Numbered from the stretch's first letter, positions 25,983 through 36,444 are shown. The stretch: 62,169 bases of DNA from Alphaproteobacteria bacterium (GCA_030431935.1 JAUIIC010000001.1:1-62169); one strand, 5' to 3'. A program made the numbers and translations. Notes: generated by a model from the letters alone, not told the origin.

Positions 25983-27194
25983 TCAGGAAAGGCGGGCGGG
26001 CAGGTCGAGCCAGCCCCGGAAGCGGATGCGGGGACTGCGGGTGCCGCCGGCGATGGCGTAGTCGGGAAAGCGTTGCAGGAAGCGCCCGATGGCGATGCGC
26101 CCCTCCATGCGGGCCAACGACAGGCCGACGCAGGTGTGTGCGCCGCCGCCGAAGGCGAGGTGCTTGTTGGGCCGGCGGTCGAGCTGAAGCCGGTCGGGAT
26201 CGGGAAAGCGGCGCGGGTCGCGGTTGGCCGCCGCGATGCACAGGTGAATGTCTGTGCCCGCCGGTATGGTCGTGCCATGCAGCACCACGTCTTCCGTGGT
26301 CAGGCGGTTGCCGAACTGGTTGGGGCTTTCCATCCGCAGGAACTCGTCCACCGCCGTGGTGATAAGGTCGGGCCGGTCGAGAAGCGCGCGCCGCGCGTCG
26401 CGATGCGCGTCAAGCAGCCAGAGCGAATTGCCGATCAGGTTCGTCGTGGTCTCGTGCCCGGCGTTCAGGATGAAGATGCAGTTCTGGTAGAGCTCCGTTT
26501 CGGTCAGCCCGCCGCCCTCGTCCGACTGCATCAGCCGGGTCAGAACGTCCGTGTCCGGGTCGCCGGGGCGCGCGCGGCGGCGCGCCACAAGGTCCTTGAG
26601 ATAGGCCTTGAAATCGACGACGGACCGGTTGCCGAAATCGAGTTGTGCCTGGGTCAGTGCCGGTTCCAGCGCGCCCAGGATCGCCAGGGACCAGTCGCGC
26701 AGCGGCTCGCGCTCGGAATGGGGGATGTCGAAGAGGTTGCCGATGACCTCGATCGGGATGGCGCTTGCGAAATCCTCGATCAGATCGACGGTTTCGCTAC
26801 GCCGGTCCTCCAATGAGTCCAGCAGCCGCTCGATGAGCGCGACAAGCCCCGGCTCCATCCGGGCCAGCGCGCGCGGGCTCATCGCGCCGACCATGATGTT
26901 GCGCACGCGGGTATGCAGCGGCGGGTCCGAGAACACGAGCGATGTCGTGTGATGCTCGTAAAGCGGGGCGTCGCGGCCGTATTTCGGGGCGAAGACCTCT
27001 GTCTTGCCCGAGATGAAACGGCTGGTGTCGCGGTAGACCGAGTCGAGATCTGCGTGGCGCGAGAGGATCACGCTGCCATCGGGTTGGGGATGGACGGGCG
27101 AGGCCTCGAGCAGCATGCGGTAGGTCGGATAGGGGTCGTCGGTGAAGCCCGGCGGCAGAGCCGTCAGCGTGAAGCCGTTGCGCGTGTTGGCCAT
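25983..27194 (-). CDS. Cytochrome P450
   Basis: ORF 25983..27308, trimmed to the ATG at 27194. It has the I-helix motif LNAGHETTTN, the ExxR motif (EFLR) and the heme-thiolate loop FGGGAHTCVGLSLAR. It ends 20 nt upstream of the paaZ start. Confidence 0.9.
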   Translation of the reverse strand: MANTRNGFTLTALPPGFTDDPYPTYRMLLEASPVHPQPDGSVILSRHADLDSVYRDTSRFISGKTEVFAPKYGRDAPLYEHHTTSLVFSDPPLHTRVRNIMVGAMSPRALARMEPGLVALIERLLDSLEDRRSETVDLIEDFASAIPIEVIGNLFDIPHSEREPLRDWSLAILGALEPALTQAQLDFGNRSVVDFKAYLKDLVARRRARPGDPDTDVLTRLMQSDEGGGLTETELYQNCIFILNAGHETTTNLIGNSLWLLDAHRDARRALLDRPDLITTAVDEFLRMESPNQFGNRLTTEDVVLHGTTIPAGTDIHLCIAAANRDPRRFPDPDRLQLDRRPNKHLAFGGGAHTCVGLSLARMEGRIAIGRFLQRFPDYAIAGGTRSPRIRFRGWLDLPARLS

Positions 27195-27265
27195 GTGATC
27201 CTCCCCGGCGCCGCGCCGCTGGCCCGTTTCGACCGTCTTGCAGCGCCCTTCGAGTATTATTGACC

Positions 27266-27277
27266 AACCGTTCGGTT
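27266..27277. promoter_or_regulatory. Inverted repeat AACCG-TT-CGGTT in the P450 / paaI divergent promoter region; candidate TetR(PaaR)-type operator
   Basis: Read directly (ttgaccAACCGTTCGGTTtatgc). The same ACCG-NN-CGGT core recurs upstream of paaJ at 35716..35727. Confidence 0.4.
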
Positions 27278-27313
27278 TATGCAAACTCGAACGCGACAGG
27301 GAGGACACCGAAG

Positions 27314-27784
27314 ATGTCAGATTCCGCCGGGCTGGACCCCCAGGCGCGGGCCGAGCGCAGTGCCGCCGCGATGTGGGCCGCCGACGACGCGTCGAAGTGG
27401 ATGGGCTTTGCGCTGGACAGCGTCGGCCCTGGCGTGGCGGTGATGTCCATGACTGTGGAGCGACACCACACCAACGGCCACGACATCTGCCACGGCGGGG
27501 TGATCTTCAGCCTCGCCGACAGCGCCTTCGCCTTTGCCTGCAACAGCTACAACCGGGTGACGGTGGCGCAGATGAACACGATCAGCTTCATCGCGCCGGG
27601 CCTCCTGGGCGACCGGCTGACCGCCCATGCGCGCGAGGTCAGCCTGCGCGGGCGGTCGGGCATCTACGACGTGACGGTGACGAATGGCGACGGGGCGGTG
27701 ATCGCCGAGTTCCGCGGCTGCTCGCGCACCATCAAGGGACAGAATTTCCCCGAGGACGGGCCAGAGAAGGAGGGGGCGCAATGA
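27314..27784 (+). CDS. paaI: Hydroxyphenylacetyl-CoA thioesterase PaaI
   Basis: ORF 27260..27784, trimmed to the ATG at 27314, which is preceded by GGGAGGA. NGHDICHGGVIFSLADSAFAFACNS is the PaaI catalytic motif region. It is coupled to paaK through an ATGA overlap. Confidence 0.85.
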   Translation: MSDSAGLDPQARAERSAAAMWAADDASKWMGFALDSVGPGVAVMSMTVERHHTNGHDICHGGVIFSLADSAFAFACNSYNRVTVAQMNTISFIAPGLLGDRLTAHAREVSLRGRSGIYDVTVTNGDGAVIAEFRGCSRTIKGQNFPEDGPEKEGAQ

Positions 27785-29091
27785 AGGACCTGACGCCGGG
27801 ACGGGACACGCTGGACCCGATCGAGATCGCCTCGCGCGACGAGATCGAGGCCTTGCAGTTGTCGCGCCTGAAATGGTCGCTGCGGCACGCCTATGACAAC
27901 GTGCCCATGTACCGCGCGCGGTTCGATGCGGCGGGCGTGCATCCCGACGACCTCCACAGCCTCGCCGATCTGCGCAAGTTCCCCTTCACGGTCAAGCAGG
28001 ACCTGCGCGACCAATATCCCTTCGGGCTGTTCGCCGTCCCGCGCGAGCGGATCGTGCGGGTGCACGCGTCCTCGGGCACGACGGGCAAGCCGACAGTCGT
28101 TGGCTACACGGAACGGGATATCTCCAACTGGGCCGATCTGGTGGCGCGCTCGATGCGGGCCAGCGGCACGCGGCCCGGAGACGTGGTGCATATCGCCTAT
28201 GGCTATGGCCTTTTCACTGGCGGGCTGGGCGCGCATTACGGGGCGGAACGGCTGGGCTGCACCACGGTGCCGGTCTCGGGCGGGATGACCCCCCGGCAGG
28301 TGCTGCTGATCCAGGATTTCAAGCCTTCCACCATCATGGTGACGCCGTCCTACATGCTGAACATCCTAGACGAGTTCCGCCGCCAGGGCATCGACCCGCG
28401 CGACTGCTCTCTCGACGTTGGCATCTTCGGGGCAGAGCCCTGGACCAACGCCATGCGCCGCGAGGTGGAAGAGGCCTTCGACATGCACGCCGTCGATATC
28501 TACGGCCTGTCCGAGGTGATGGGCCCGGGCGTCGCCAACGAATGCGTGGAGACCAAGGACGGCCTGCACATCTGGGAGGACCATTTCCTGCCAGAAATCA
28601 TCGACCCGGAAACCGGCGAGCCGGTGCCCGAGGGCGAGATGGGCGAACTGGTCTTCACCACGCTGACCAAGGAAGGCCTGCCGATGATCCGCTACCGCAC
28701 GCGCGACCTGACCCGGCTTCTGCCCGGCACGGCGCGCAGCATGCGGCGGATGGAAAAGATCACCGGGCGCTCGGACGACATGATCATCCTGCGGGGCGTC
28801 AACGTCTTCCCCACCCAGGTCGAAGAGCTGTTGCTGGCCACCGGCGGGCTGGCGCCGCATTTCCAGATCGAGCTTTACCGCGACGGGCGCATGGACGCGA
28901 TGCGGGTTCATGTGGAATGCCTGCCGCACACCGCCGACGAGAGTGGGCGCAGCACCTCGGCCCGCGCGCTGGGCAAGCGGATCAAGGATACGGTCGGCAT
29001 CTCTGTCGAGATCGTCGTTGCCGATCCGGGGGGCGTTGCCCGGTCCGAGGGCAAGGCGGTCCGGGTGGTCGACAACCGCCCGAAGGCGTAG
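27781..29091 (+). CDS. paaK: Phenylacetate--CoA ligase PaaK
   Basis: The in-frame ATG at 27781 gives MKDLTPGRDTLDPIE.... The motifs SSGTTGKPTVVGYT, YGYGLFTGGLG, IYGLSEVMGPGV and GRSDDMIILRGVNVFP are PaaK hallmarks. Confidence 0.92.
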   Translation: MKDLTPGRDTLDPIEIASRDEIEALQLSRLKWSLRHAYDNVPMYRARFDAAGVHPDDLHSLADLRKFPFTVKQDLRDQYPFGLFAVPRERIVRVHASSGTTGKPTVVGYTERDISNWADLVARSMRASGTRPGDVVHIAYGYGLFTGGLGAHYGAERLGCTTVPVSGGMTPRQVLLIQDFKPSTIMVTPSYMLNILDEFRRQGIDPRDCSLDVGIFGAEPWTNAMRREVEEAFDMHAVDIYGLSEVMGPGVANECVETKDGLHIWEDHFLPEIIDPETGEPVPEGEMGELVFTTLTKEGLPMIRYRTRDLTRLLPGTARSMRRMEKITGRSDDMIILRGVNVFPTQVEELLLATGGLAPHFQIELYRDGRMDAMRVHVECLPHTADESGRSTSARALGKRIKDTVGISVEIVVADPGGVARSEGKAVRVVDNRPKA

Positions 29092-29096
29092 GCGCG

Positions 29097-29693
29097 ATGC
29101 CCCGCAGCATCGCGCGCGACCACGACGAAAAGCGGGGGCAGATCCTGGCGACTGCGGCCCGCGTGTTCGCGCGGGAAGGGTTCGACCGCGCCTCGATGAG
29201 CCGGCTTGCCGCGGCCTGCGGGATCTCGAAGGCCAACATCTACCATTACTACGACAGCAAGGACGCGCTGCTGTTCGACATCCTCGACGCGCATCTCTCG
29301 GCCCTGCGCGACCGGGTGGCGGCGGTGGATGGGGCGGGCTTCTCGCCCGAAGAGCACCTGCGCGAGGCGGTGGCAGAGATCCTGCTGGCCTATCGCGGGG
29401 CCGACGATGCACACCGCGTCCAGATCGACGCCATCGGGCTTCTGCCCGAGGCCGAGCAGGAGGTGTTGCGCGGCTACCAGCGGGATCTCGTCACACAGGT
29501 GGCGGGCATCCTGTCGCGGATCGCGCCCGAGGCCTTCGCCGGCCAGCCGCGCAAGCTGCGGGCGGCCACCATGTCGCTTTTCGGGATGCTGAACTGGTTC
29601 TACATGTGGAACCGCGACGATAGCGATGCGGCGCGGCTCGACTACGCGCGGCTGGCCACGGACCTGGTGCTGGGCGGGATCAAGGGCGTCTGA
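29097..29693 (+). CDS. TetR-family transcriptional regulator (PaaR-like by context)
   Basis: ATG at 29097, within ORF 28542..29693. The TetR HTH is ILATAARVFAREGFDRASMSRLAAACGISKANIYHYYDSKDAL. It lies immediately downstream of paaK. Confidence 0.8.
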   Translation: MPRSIARDHDEKRGQILATAARVFAREGFDRASMSRLAAACGISKANIYHYYDSKDALLFDILDAHLSALRDRVAAVDGAGFSPEEHLREAVAEILLAYRGADDAHRVQIDAIGLLPEAEQEVLRGYQRDLVTQVAGILSRIAPEAFAGQPRKLRAATMSLFGMLNWFYMWNRDDSDAARLDYARLATDLVLGGIKGV

Positions 29694-29724
29694 CCCGCGC
29701 ATCGTTGCAGGCGGCGCGGCGCGT

Positions 29725-30486
29725 TCAGGGGATAGCCAGGCCAAGCGCTGAAAGACGGCTGGACATGTCGCCCTGCCAGTCCGCGAGCAGTGCGGCATTC
29801 GGCCTGTGGCGCAGGCCCCAGCGCTGCAGCTGGCCGAACCGCCCGCTGTCCGCCGTGCCGAAGCTTTCGGCCACCCTTGGATACCAGTAGGCCACGGCGG
29901 CGTTTGCCTCCGGGCGTCCGGTCTCGGCCAGTTTGCGCAGGCCCTCCTCGCCCAGTTCGGCGTGGCGCCGTTCGACCGGCAGGATGGCGCGGAAGGCTTC
30001 GGCCAGCGGCTGGTAGGAGACGCGCGCCAGCTCTTCCAGCTGGATCGTCACGGCCCGGCCCATCAGCATGTTCATCGCCACGGCGTCGGTCCAGCCCTTC
30101 AGCGGGTAGTGGAACACCGACAGCCGCATGTCCCCGCCATGGCGCACCGGACCCAGCGCCGCATCGCGGTCGAGGCGCGCGGCCCAGGGCTGGTGGGTGG
30201 CATAGCGGCCGGTGTCTGCGCCGAACTCGGCCATGACGGACAGCACCTTGCGCGCGTGATCGGTCTTTTCCAGCACGATGCGGCAGGCCGCGATACGCTC
30301 TGTCAGGCCGGGTGCCGCGTTGATGGTCTCGGCAAAGCCTGCCGCGCCGGCCAGGGAACTGTCGATGAAGCTGGCCATCAGCCGCAGAAGTTCTGCCCGG
30401 TAGCGCGGCGGCGCGTTCCCGGGCGCGGTCAGCACCCCGCCTTCCGCCAGGTAGTCCTCGATCGGCATGGTTTCAGGGTCGGTCAT
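29725..30486 (-). CDS. PaaA/PaaC-family ferritin-like protein (extra paralogue downstream of paaE)
   Basis: 253 aa. The start overlaps the paaE stop (ATGA). The helical-bundle pattern with VERRHAELGEEG (ExxH) resembles phenylacetic acid catabolic (PaaA/PaaC) family proteins. The exact role is unknown. Confidence 0.55.
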   Translation of the reverse strand: MTDPETMPIEDYLAEGGVLTAPGNAPPRYRAELLRLMASFIDSSLAGAAGFAETINAAPGLTERIAACRIVLEKTDHARKVLSVMAEFGADTGRYATHQPWAARLDRDAALGPVRHGGDMRLSVFHYPLKGWTDAVAMNMLMGRAVTIQLEELARVSYQPLAEAFRAILPVERRHAELGEEGLRKLAETGRPEANAAVAYWYPRVAESFGTADSGRFGQLQRWGLRHRPNAALLADWQGDMSSRLSALGLAIP

Positions 30487-31550
30487 TGGTCATAATCCAC
30501 CACGATGCGGTCGCTGAGCGGCAGGCACTGGCAGGTCAGCACGTAGCCGCGCTGCACCTCGTAGTCTTCAAGCGCGTGGTTGGCGGCCATCTCGACCTCG
30601 CCCTCCAGAACCTTGGCGCGGCAGGTCGAGCAGACCCCGGCCTTGCACGCATAGGGCGCGTCGAGATCGGCGGCGAGCGCGGCGTCAAGGACGGATTGCC
30701 CGGACTTGGACATGGTGATCGTGCGCACCGAGCCATCGAGCGTGATCGTCGCCGTGCAGCTTTCGGCGCCCCGCGCGGCATCGGCGCTGCGGGCGGGACG
30801 TGCCAGGCGGCCGGGCTGGGCCGAGGCGAACAGCTCGAACTTGATCTGCGCGTCTTCGAGGCCGTGCGCGCGCAGCGCCTTGGCGATCCCCAGCATCATC
30901 GGTTCGGGCCCGCAGATGAACGCGGTGTCCACGCTGCCGATGTCGATCCAGAGCCGGAACAGCTCGGCGCATTTCGCCTCGGTGACCCGGCCCGAGAACA
31001 GCTCTATCTCCTGGCCTTCCTCGAGCACGTGGATGACGTTGAGCCGCCCGAGGAAGCGGTTCTTCAGGTCCTCCAACTCCTCGCGGAACATGATCGTGGT
31101 GACAGCGCGGTTGGCATAGACCAGCGTGAAGCGGCTGTCCGGTTCGCGCGCCAGCACCGTGCGCAGGATCGACAGCACCGGCGTGATGCCCGACCCGCCG
31201 GCAAAGCCCAGGTAGTGGCGCGCCGCGTCCGGGGCGAGCGGGGTGTGGAAGTTGCCCATCGGCGGCATGGCGTGCAGCACCATGCCGGGTTCCAGCGCCT
31301 CGTTCGCCCAGGTGGAAAAGGCGCCGCCCTCGACCCGCTTGATGCCCACCTGCAAGAGCCCGTCGTCGAGGCCCGCGCAGATCGAGTAGCTGCGCCGGAT
31401 CTCCTCGCCGTCGAAGGCGCGGCGGAAGGTCAGGTACTGGCCCTGGGTAAAGCGGAACGCCTCGGCGTCTTCCGGGGCCAGCGTCACGACCACCGCATCG
31501 CGGATGGTCTTCTGGACGTCGGTGACGGTCAGGGGAAGAAAGCGGCTCAT
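30483..31550 (-). CDS. paaE: 1,2-phenylacetyl-CoA epoxidase reductase subunit PaaE
   Basis: ORF 30483..31655, trimmed to the ATG at 31550. It has FAD-binding RSYSI, NAD-binding GGSGITP and a C-terminal plant-type 2Fe-2S motif, CKAGVCSTCRAKV...C. Confidence 0.9.
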   Translation of the reverse strand: MSRFLPLTVTDVQKTIRDAVVVTLAPEDAEAFRFTQGQYLTFRRAFDGEEIRRSYSICAGLDDGLLQVGIKRVEGGAFSTWANEALEPGMVLHAMPPMGNFHTPLAPDAARHYLGFAGGSGITPVLSILRTVLAREPDSRFTLVYANRAVTTIMFREELEDLKNRFLGRLNVIHVLEEGQEIELFSGRVTEAKCAELFRLWIDIGSVDTAFICGPEPMMLGIAKALRAHGLEDAQIKFELFASAQPGRLARPARSADAARGAESCTATITLDGSVRTITMSKSGQSVLDAALAADLDAPYACKAGVCSTCRAKVLEGEVEMAANHALEDYEVQRGYVLTCQCLPLSDRIVVDYDQ

Positions 31551-31557
31551 GGGCGTC

Positions 31558-32058
31558 TCAGATGCATTTGAAGTAGTCGAAGGGTTCAAGGCAGTCGGTG
31601 CAGCGCCATTGCGCCTTGCAGGGGGTAGAGCCGAACTGGCTGACCTTCTGCACATGTGCCGATCCGCAGCGCGGGCAGCGGTCGGGCCCGCCCGCCGGTT
31701 GCGGCGGCGCGATGCCGTAGGCCTCCAGCCGGGCGCGGCCCTTCTCGCTCAGCCAGTCGGTGGTCCAGGGCGGCGACAGCTGGCGCTTCAGCGCGATCCG
31801 CTCGACCCCGTGGGCGCGCAGGCAGGCCTCGATCTCCATGTTGATGACCGCCGTTGCGGGACAGCCCGAATAGGTCGGCGTCACGGTGACGGCCAGCGTG
31901 TCGCCCTGCCAGGCGATGTCGCGGATGATGCCGAGGTCCACGAGACTGATCGCGGGGATCTCGGGGTCCGGCACCTGGTCCAGCCATTCCCGAACCTCGG
32001 CCGGGCTGGGGGCGGGATCGCTCACCACGTGGCCCCGGGATAGGCGCGCTGCAGCCAT
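31558..32058 (-). CDS. paaD: 1,2-phenylacetyl-CoA epoxidase subunit PaaD
   Basis: It has a DUF59-like segment (DPEIPAISLVDLGIIRDI...TPTYSGCPA) and a C-terminal Cys cluster (CPRCGS...CTDC). The start is uncertain: ATG at 32058, or a GTG at 32025/32028 in a GTGA overlap with the paaC stop. Confidence 0.85.
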   Translation of the reverse strand: MAAARLSRGHVVSDPAPSPAEVREWLDQVPDPEIPAISLVDLGIIRDIAWQGDTLAVTVTPTYSGCPATAVINMEIEACLRAHGVERIALKRQLSPPWTTDWLSEKGRARLEAYGIAPPQPAGGPDRCPRCGSAHVQKVSQFGSTPCKAQWRCTDCLEPFDYFKCI

Positions 32059-32783
32059 TGCATGGTGGACAGGATATGGCCCAGGTCCTCGGTGTGGCGC
32101 CCCGTCCTGCCTCCGGTATGGGCGAAGTCGCTGTCGGGAATGGTCAGCGTCGCCTCGGCCATCACGCGCCGGATCGTTTCGGTCCAGGGCGCGCGAAGCT
32201 CTTCGGGGTGCGGCGCGATACCGGCCTGCGCCAGTACCTCGTCGGCGTCGTCGGCCACGAACACCTCGCCCGCGTAGGGCCAGAGCCGGTCGAGCGCGTC
32301 CTGCATCCGGGCATGGCTTTCATCGGTGCCGTCGCCGAGGCCCACGACGATGTCGGCGGAGCGTTCCAGGTGATAGGCGGTTTCCTTGACGGCCTTCGCG
32401 GCAATCTCTGCCACGCGCGGCTCGGACGAGGCGGCAAGGCGGGTCAGCATCGGATGCGCCCAGGCGTCGTACAGGAATTGGCGCATCATGGTGTGGCCGA
32501 AATCGCGGTTCGGGCGTTCGGCCATCAGGAGGTTGCGAAAGTCCCAGGCGTCGCGCAGGTAGGCCAGGTCGTCGGCGGAGCGGCCCTTGCCCTCGACCTC
32601 TCCGGCCAGCCCAAGCCAGAGCTGGGTCTGGCCGATCAGGTCGAGCGCGGTGTTGGCAAGCGCGATGTCCTCTTCCAGCACCGGGGCATGGCCGCACCAT
32701 TCGCCGATGCGCTGGGCGAGGATCAGCGTGGTGTCGCCCTGGCGCAGCAGGAACTCGAAAAGCGCCGCGTCACGGTCCATCAC
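32022..32783 (-). CDS. paaC: 1,2-phenylacetyl-CoA epoxidase subunit PaaC
   Basis: 253 aa. LLRQGDTTLILAQRIGEWCGHAPVLEEDIALANTALDLIGQ is the characteristic PaaC N-terminus. It has an ATGA overlap with paaB. Confidence 0.9.
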   Translation of the reverse strand: MMDRDAALFEFLLRQGDTTLILAQRIGEWCGHAPVLEEDIALANTALDLIGQTQLWLGLAGEVEGKGRSADDLAYLRDAWDFRNLLMAERPNRDFGHTMMRQFLYDAWAHPMLTRLAASSEPRVAEIAAKAVKETAYHLERSADIVVGLGDGTDESHARMQDALDRLWPYAGEVFVADDADEVLAQAGIAPHPEELRAPWTETIRRVMAEATLTIPDSDFAHTGGRTGRHTEDLGHILSTMQWLQRAYPGATW

Positions 32784-33064
32784 ATCGCCCCCACGTCGTC
32801 GGGAATGTCGAAGAAGGTGGGATGGCGGTAGACCTTGGATTGCGACGGTTCGTAAAGCGGCCCCTTGTCCGAGGGCGAAGAGGCGGCGATGTCGGCCGCG
32901 CGCACCACCCAGATCGACACGCCTTCGTTGCGGCGGGTGTAGACGTCGCGGGCGTTCCTGATCGCCATCTCGGCGTCAGGCGCGTGCAGGCTGCCCACGT
33001 GCCGGTGACTCATGCCGTGGCTGCCGCGAATAAAGACTTCCCATAGCGGCCATTCCTTGCCCAT
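32780..33064 (-). CDS. paaB: 1,2-phenylacetyl-CoA epoxidase subunit PaaB
   Basis: 94 aa. WPLWEVFIR...HVGSLHAPD...AIRNARDVYTRR is highly typical of PaaB. Confidence 0.9.
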   Translation of the reverse strand: MGKEWPLWEVFIRGSHGMSHRHVGSLHAPDAEMAIRNARDVYTRRNEGVSIWVVRAADIAASSPSDKGPLYEPSQSKVYRHPTFFDIPDDVGAM

Positions 33065-33076
33065 GTCCTTCTCCTC

Positions 33077-33448
33077 CTAAAGCCCGAAACTGCCGCCCCG
33101 GTCCTGCCCGAAGGCAATCCGGTGGCCGTCCGGGTCGATCACGTCGAAATCGTCGCAGCCGTAGCCGGTGGGACGGTGCATCTCGGTCGACGCCACACCG
33201 GCGGCGGCGAACTCGGCGCGCAGCGCCTCGACGTCGTCGGTGTAGACATAGGCCGCCCACCACTGGTTAACCGGCACCGTGCCGTCGCGCGCCCGGTCCA
33301 GGGCTAGCGTGACGCCGCCGCGCGTCAGGATCGCGAAGTCCGGCCCGTCGCCCCAGAGCGACGCGCCGAAGCCCAGGCGTTCGTAGAACGCCGCCGAGAC
33401 GGCGACATCGCGGACCTGCAGGACGGGCATGGCGCGTTCCAGCCGCAT
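33077..33448 (-). CDS. Glyoxalase/bleomycin-resistance/VOC-family protein inserted between paaA and paaB
   Basis: ORF 33077..33496. The start is the ATG at 33448, 7 nt after the paaA stop, or the ATG at 33430. PVLQVRDVAVSAAFYERLGF...DPDGHRIAFG is a VOC beta-alpha-beta-beta-beta module. Confidence 0.75.
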   Translation of the reverse strand: MRLERAMPVLQVRDVAVSAAFYERLGFGASLWGDGPDFAILTRGGVTLALDRARDGTVPVNQWWAAYVYTDDVEALRAEFAAAGVASTEMHRPTGYGCDDFDVIDPDGHRIAFGQDRGGSFGL

Positions 33449-33455
33449 GGCAGGC

Positions 33456-34448
33456 TCACTCGGCCGCCACGCGGCGGGCGCGTTTCTTCTCGGCATGGGC
33501 CAGGAGCCCGTCGCGCACCCAGGCCCCGTCTTCCCAGGCCTTCACGCGCGCTTCCATCCGGTCGCGGTTGCAGGGGCCGTTGCCGCGCAGGACCTGAAAG
33601 AACTCGTCCCAGTCGGGTTCCGAGAAATCGTAGTGCCCGCGCTCGTCGTTCCATTTCAGGTGCTCGTCCGGCACCGTCAGGCCGAGGTATTCCGCCTGCG
33701 GCACGGTCTGGTCCACGAACTTCTGGCGCAGCTCGTCATTGGTGTTGATCTTGATCTTCCAGGCCATCGACTGGGCGGAATGCACGCTTTCGGCGTCCGA
33801 GGGGCCGAACATCATCAGCGAGGGATACCAGTAGCGGTTCAGCGCGTCCTGGGCCATGCGCCGCTGTTCCGGCGTGCCGCGCGCCATCTTCATCATGATG
33901 TCGTAGCCCTGCCGCTGGTGGAACGACTCTTCCTTGCAAATGCGGATCATCGCGCGCGAATAGGGGCCGTAGCTGGTGCGCTGCAAAGGCACCTGGTTCA
34001 TGATCGCCGCACCGTCCACCAGCCAGCCCACGGCGCCGATGTCGGCCCAGGTCAGCGTGGGGTAGTTGAAGATCGAGGAATACTTCATCCGGCCCTCGTG
34101 CAGGGCCTCGATCATCTCGTCCCGGCTGATCCCCAGGGTTTCCGCAGCGCAGTAGAGGTAAAGCCCGTGCCCCGCCTCGTCCTGCACCTTGGCCAGCAGG
34201 ATCGCCTTGCGCTCCAGCGTGGGAGCGCGGGTGATCCAGTTGCCCTCGGGCAGCTGGCCCACGATCTCGGAATGGGCATGCTGGCCGATCTGGCGGATCA
34301 GCGTCTTGCGGTAGCCCTCGGGCATCCAGTCCTTGGGCTCGATCTTTTCGCCTGCGTCCACCCGGTCCTGGAAATGGCGTTCCTCGGGGCTCATGTCCTC
34401 GCGCGCCCTGACACCTTCGCCGGTGGACTTGACCATCTGTGCATACAT
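33456..34448 (-). CDS. paaA: 1,2-phenylacetyl-CoA epoxidase catalytic subunit PaaA
   Basis: 330 aa. The di-iron ligand motifs QDEAGHG and KEESFHQ and the overall sequence are typical of PaaA. Confidence 0.92.
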   Translation of the reverse strand: MYAQMVKSTGEGVRAREDMSPEERHFQDRVDAGEKIEPKDWMPEGYRKTLIRQIGQHAHSEIVGQLPEGNWITRAPTLERKAILLAKVQDEAGHGLYLYCAAETLGISRDEMIEALHEGRMKYSSIFNYPTLTWADIGAVGWLVDGAAIMNQVPLQRTSYGPYSRAMIRICKEESFHQRQGYDIMMKMARGTPEQRRMAQDALNRYWYPSLMMFGPSDAESVHSAQSMAWKIKINTNDELRQKFVDQTVPQAEYLGLTVPDEHLKWNDERGHYDFSEPDWDEFFQVLRGNGPCNRDRMEARVKAWEDGAWVRDGLLAHAEKKRARRVAAE

Positions 34449-34463
34449 CTTCGCGCCCTCCTG

Positions 34464-35672
<1,209 letters not shown>

Positions 35673-35707
35673 CGAGTCCTCCCGGTTCGGATTGTCTTCC
35701 GTCGAAG

Positions 35708-35736
35708 TATTACCCGACCGCTCGGTCAGGGAAATA
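35708..35736. promoter_or_regulatory. Imperfect 29-bp palindrome TATTACCCGACCG-CT-CGGTCAGGGAAATA upstream of paaJ; candidate PaaR-type operator
   Basis: Read directly, 36-64 nt upstream of the paaJ start. It shares the ACCG-NN-CGGT core with the site at 27266..27277. Confidence 0.4.
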
Positions 35737-35827
35737 CCAGCGGCACCCGGTTCGGGCAAGAAAAAACGTTACCGATTACCCGGAATGACGGCCTTCTTGT
35801 AACGAAATGGCCGAATCGTGCGCGCGG

Positions 35828-36310
35828 TCACGCGCGCGCACGCAGTTCGGGGCAGGGCAGGTGGGGGCGTGCGGTCTCGGACAGGCGCAGCAATCCTTCA
35901 AGCTGGCAGTTCCCGGCGGTCAGGTCGTCCAGTGTCAACTTGTCCAGCGAGGCATAGAAGGCACCCAGCGCCGCCTGAAGCGCCTCGCGCAGCCGGCAGC
36001 AGGGCGTGATCGGGCACTGGTTGCCCTCGGCGTCGAAGCATTCGGCAAAGGGCACATCCGCCTCGAAGTAGCGAAAGACCGGGCCGACGGCGATGTCCGC
36101 GGGCGCGTGGCGCAGCCGGATGCCGCCATGCCGGCCGCGCGTGGTCTCGATGAACCCGCCCTGCGCCAGCATGTGGATCACCAGGGCCAGGTGATTTTCC
36201 GACGCGTTGCAAGCCTGCGCGACATCGGTCTTGCGCACCAGCTTGTCGGCGTTCACTGCGCAGAACATCAGCGTGCGCATTGCAAGGTTGGTGCGAGTGG
36301 TGAGACGCAT
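35828..36310 (-). CDS. nsrR: Rrf2-family transcriptional regulator, NsrR-like
   Basis: ORF 35828..36460, trimmed to the ATG at 36310, which is preceded by GGAGGA. MRLTTRTNLAMRTLMFCA is an Rrf2 N-terminus. The Cys cluster C-x8-C-x5-CC followed by RLREAL parallels the NsrR Fe-S ligands. Confidence 0.7.
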   Translation of the reverse strand: MRLTTRTNLAMRTLMFCAVNADKLVRKTDVAQACNASENHLALVIHMLAQGGFIETTRGRHGGIRLRHAPADIAVGPVFRYFEADVPFAECFDAEGNQCPITPCCRLREALQAALGAFYASLDKLTLDDLTAGNCQLEGLLRLSETARPHLPCPELRARA

Positions 36311-36444
36311 GGCGTCCTCCTTCCGCCGTGGAAAGCTGTCTTGCTGATATGCCTTTTGACGGAACGCCACCTTGATCGAGATCAGATTCGAAGCCCCCAT
36401 TGCCGACCGTTGCCGCAGGACAGGGCCGCGGATAGGCTGACGGC

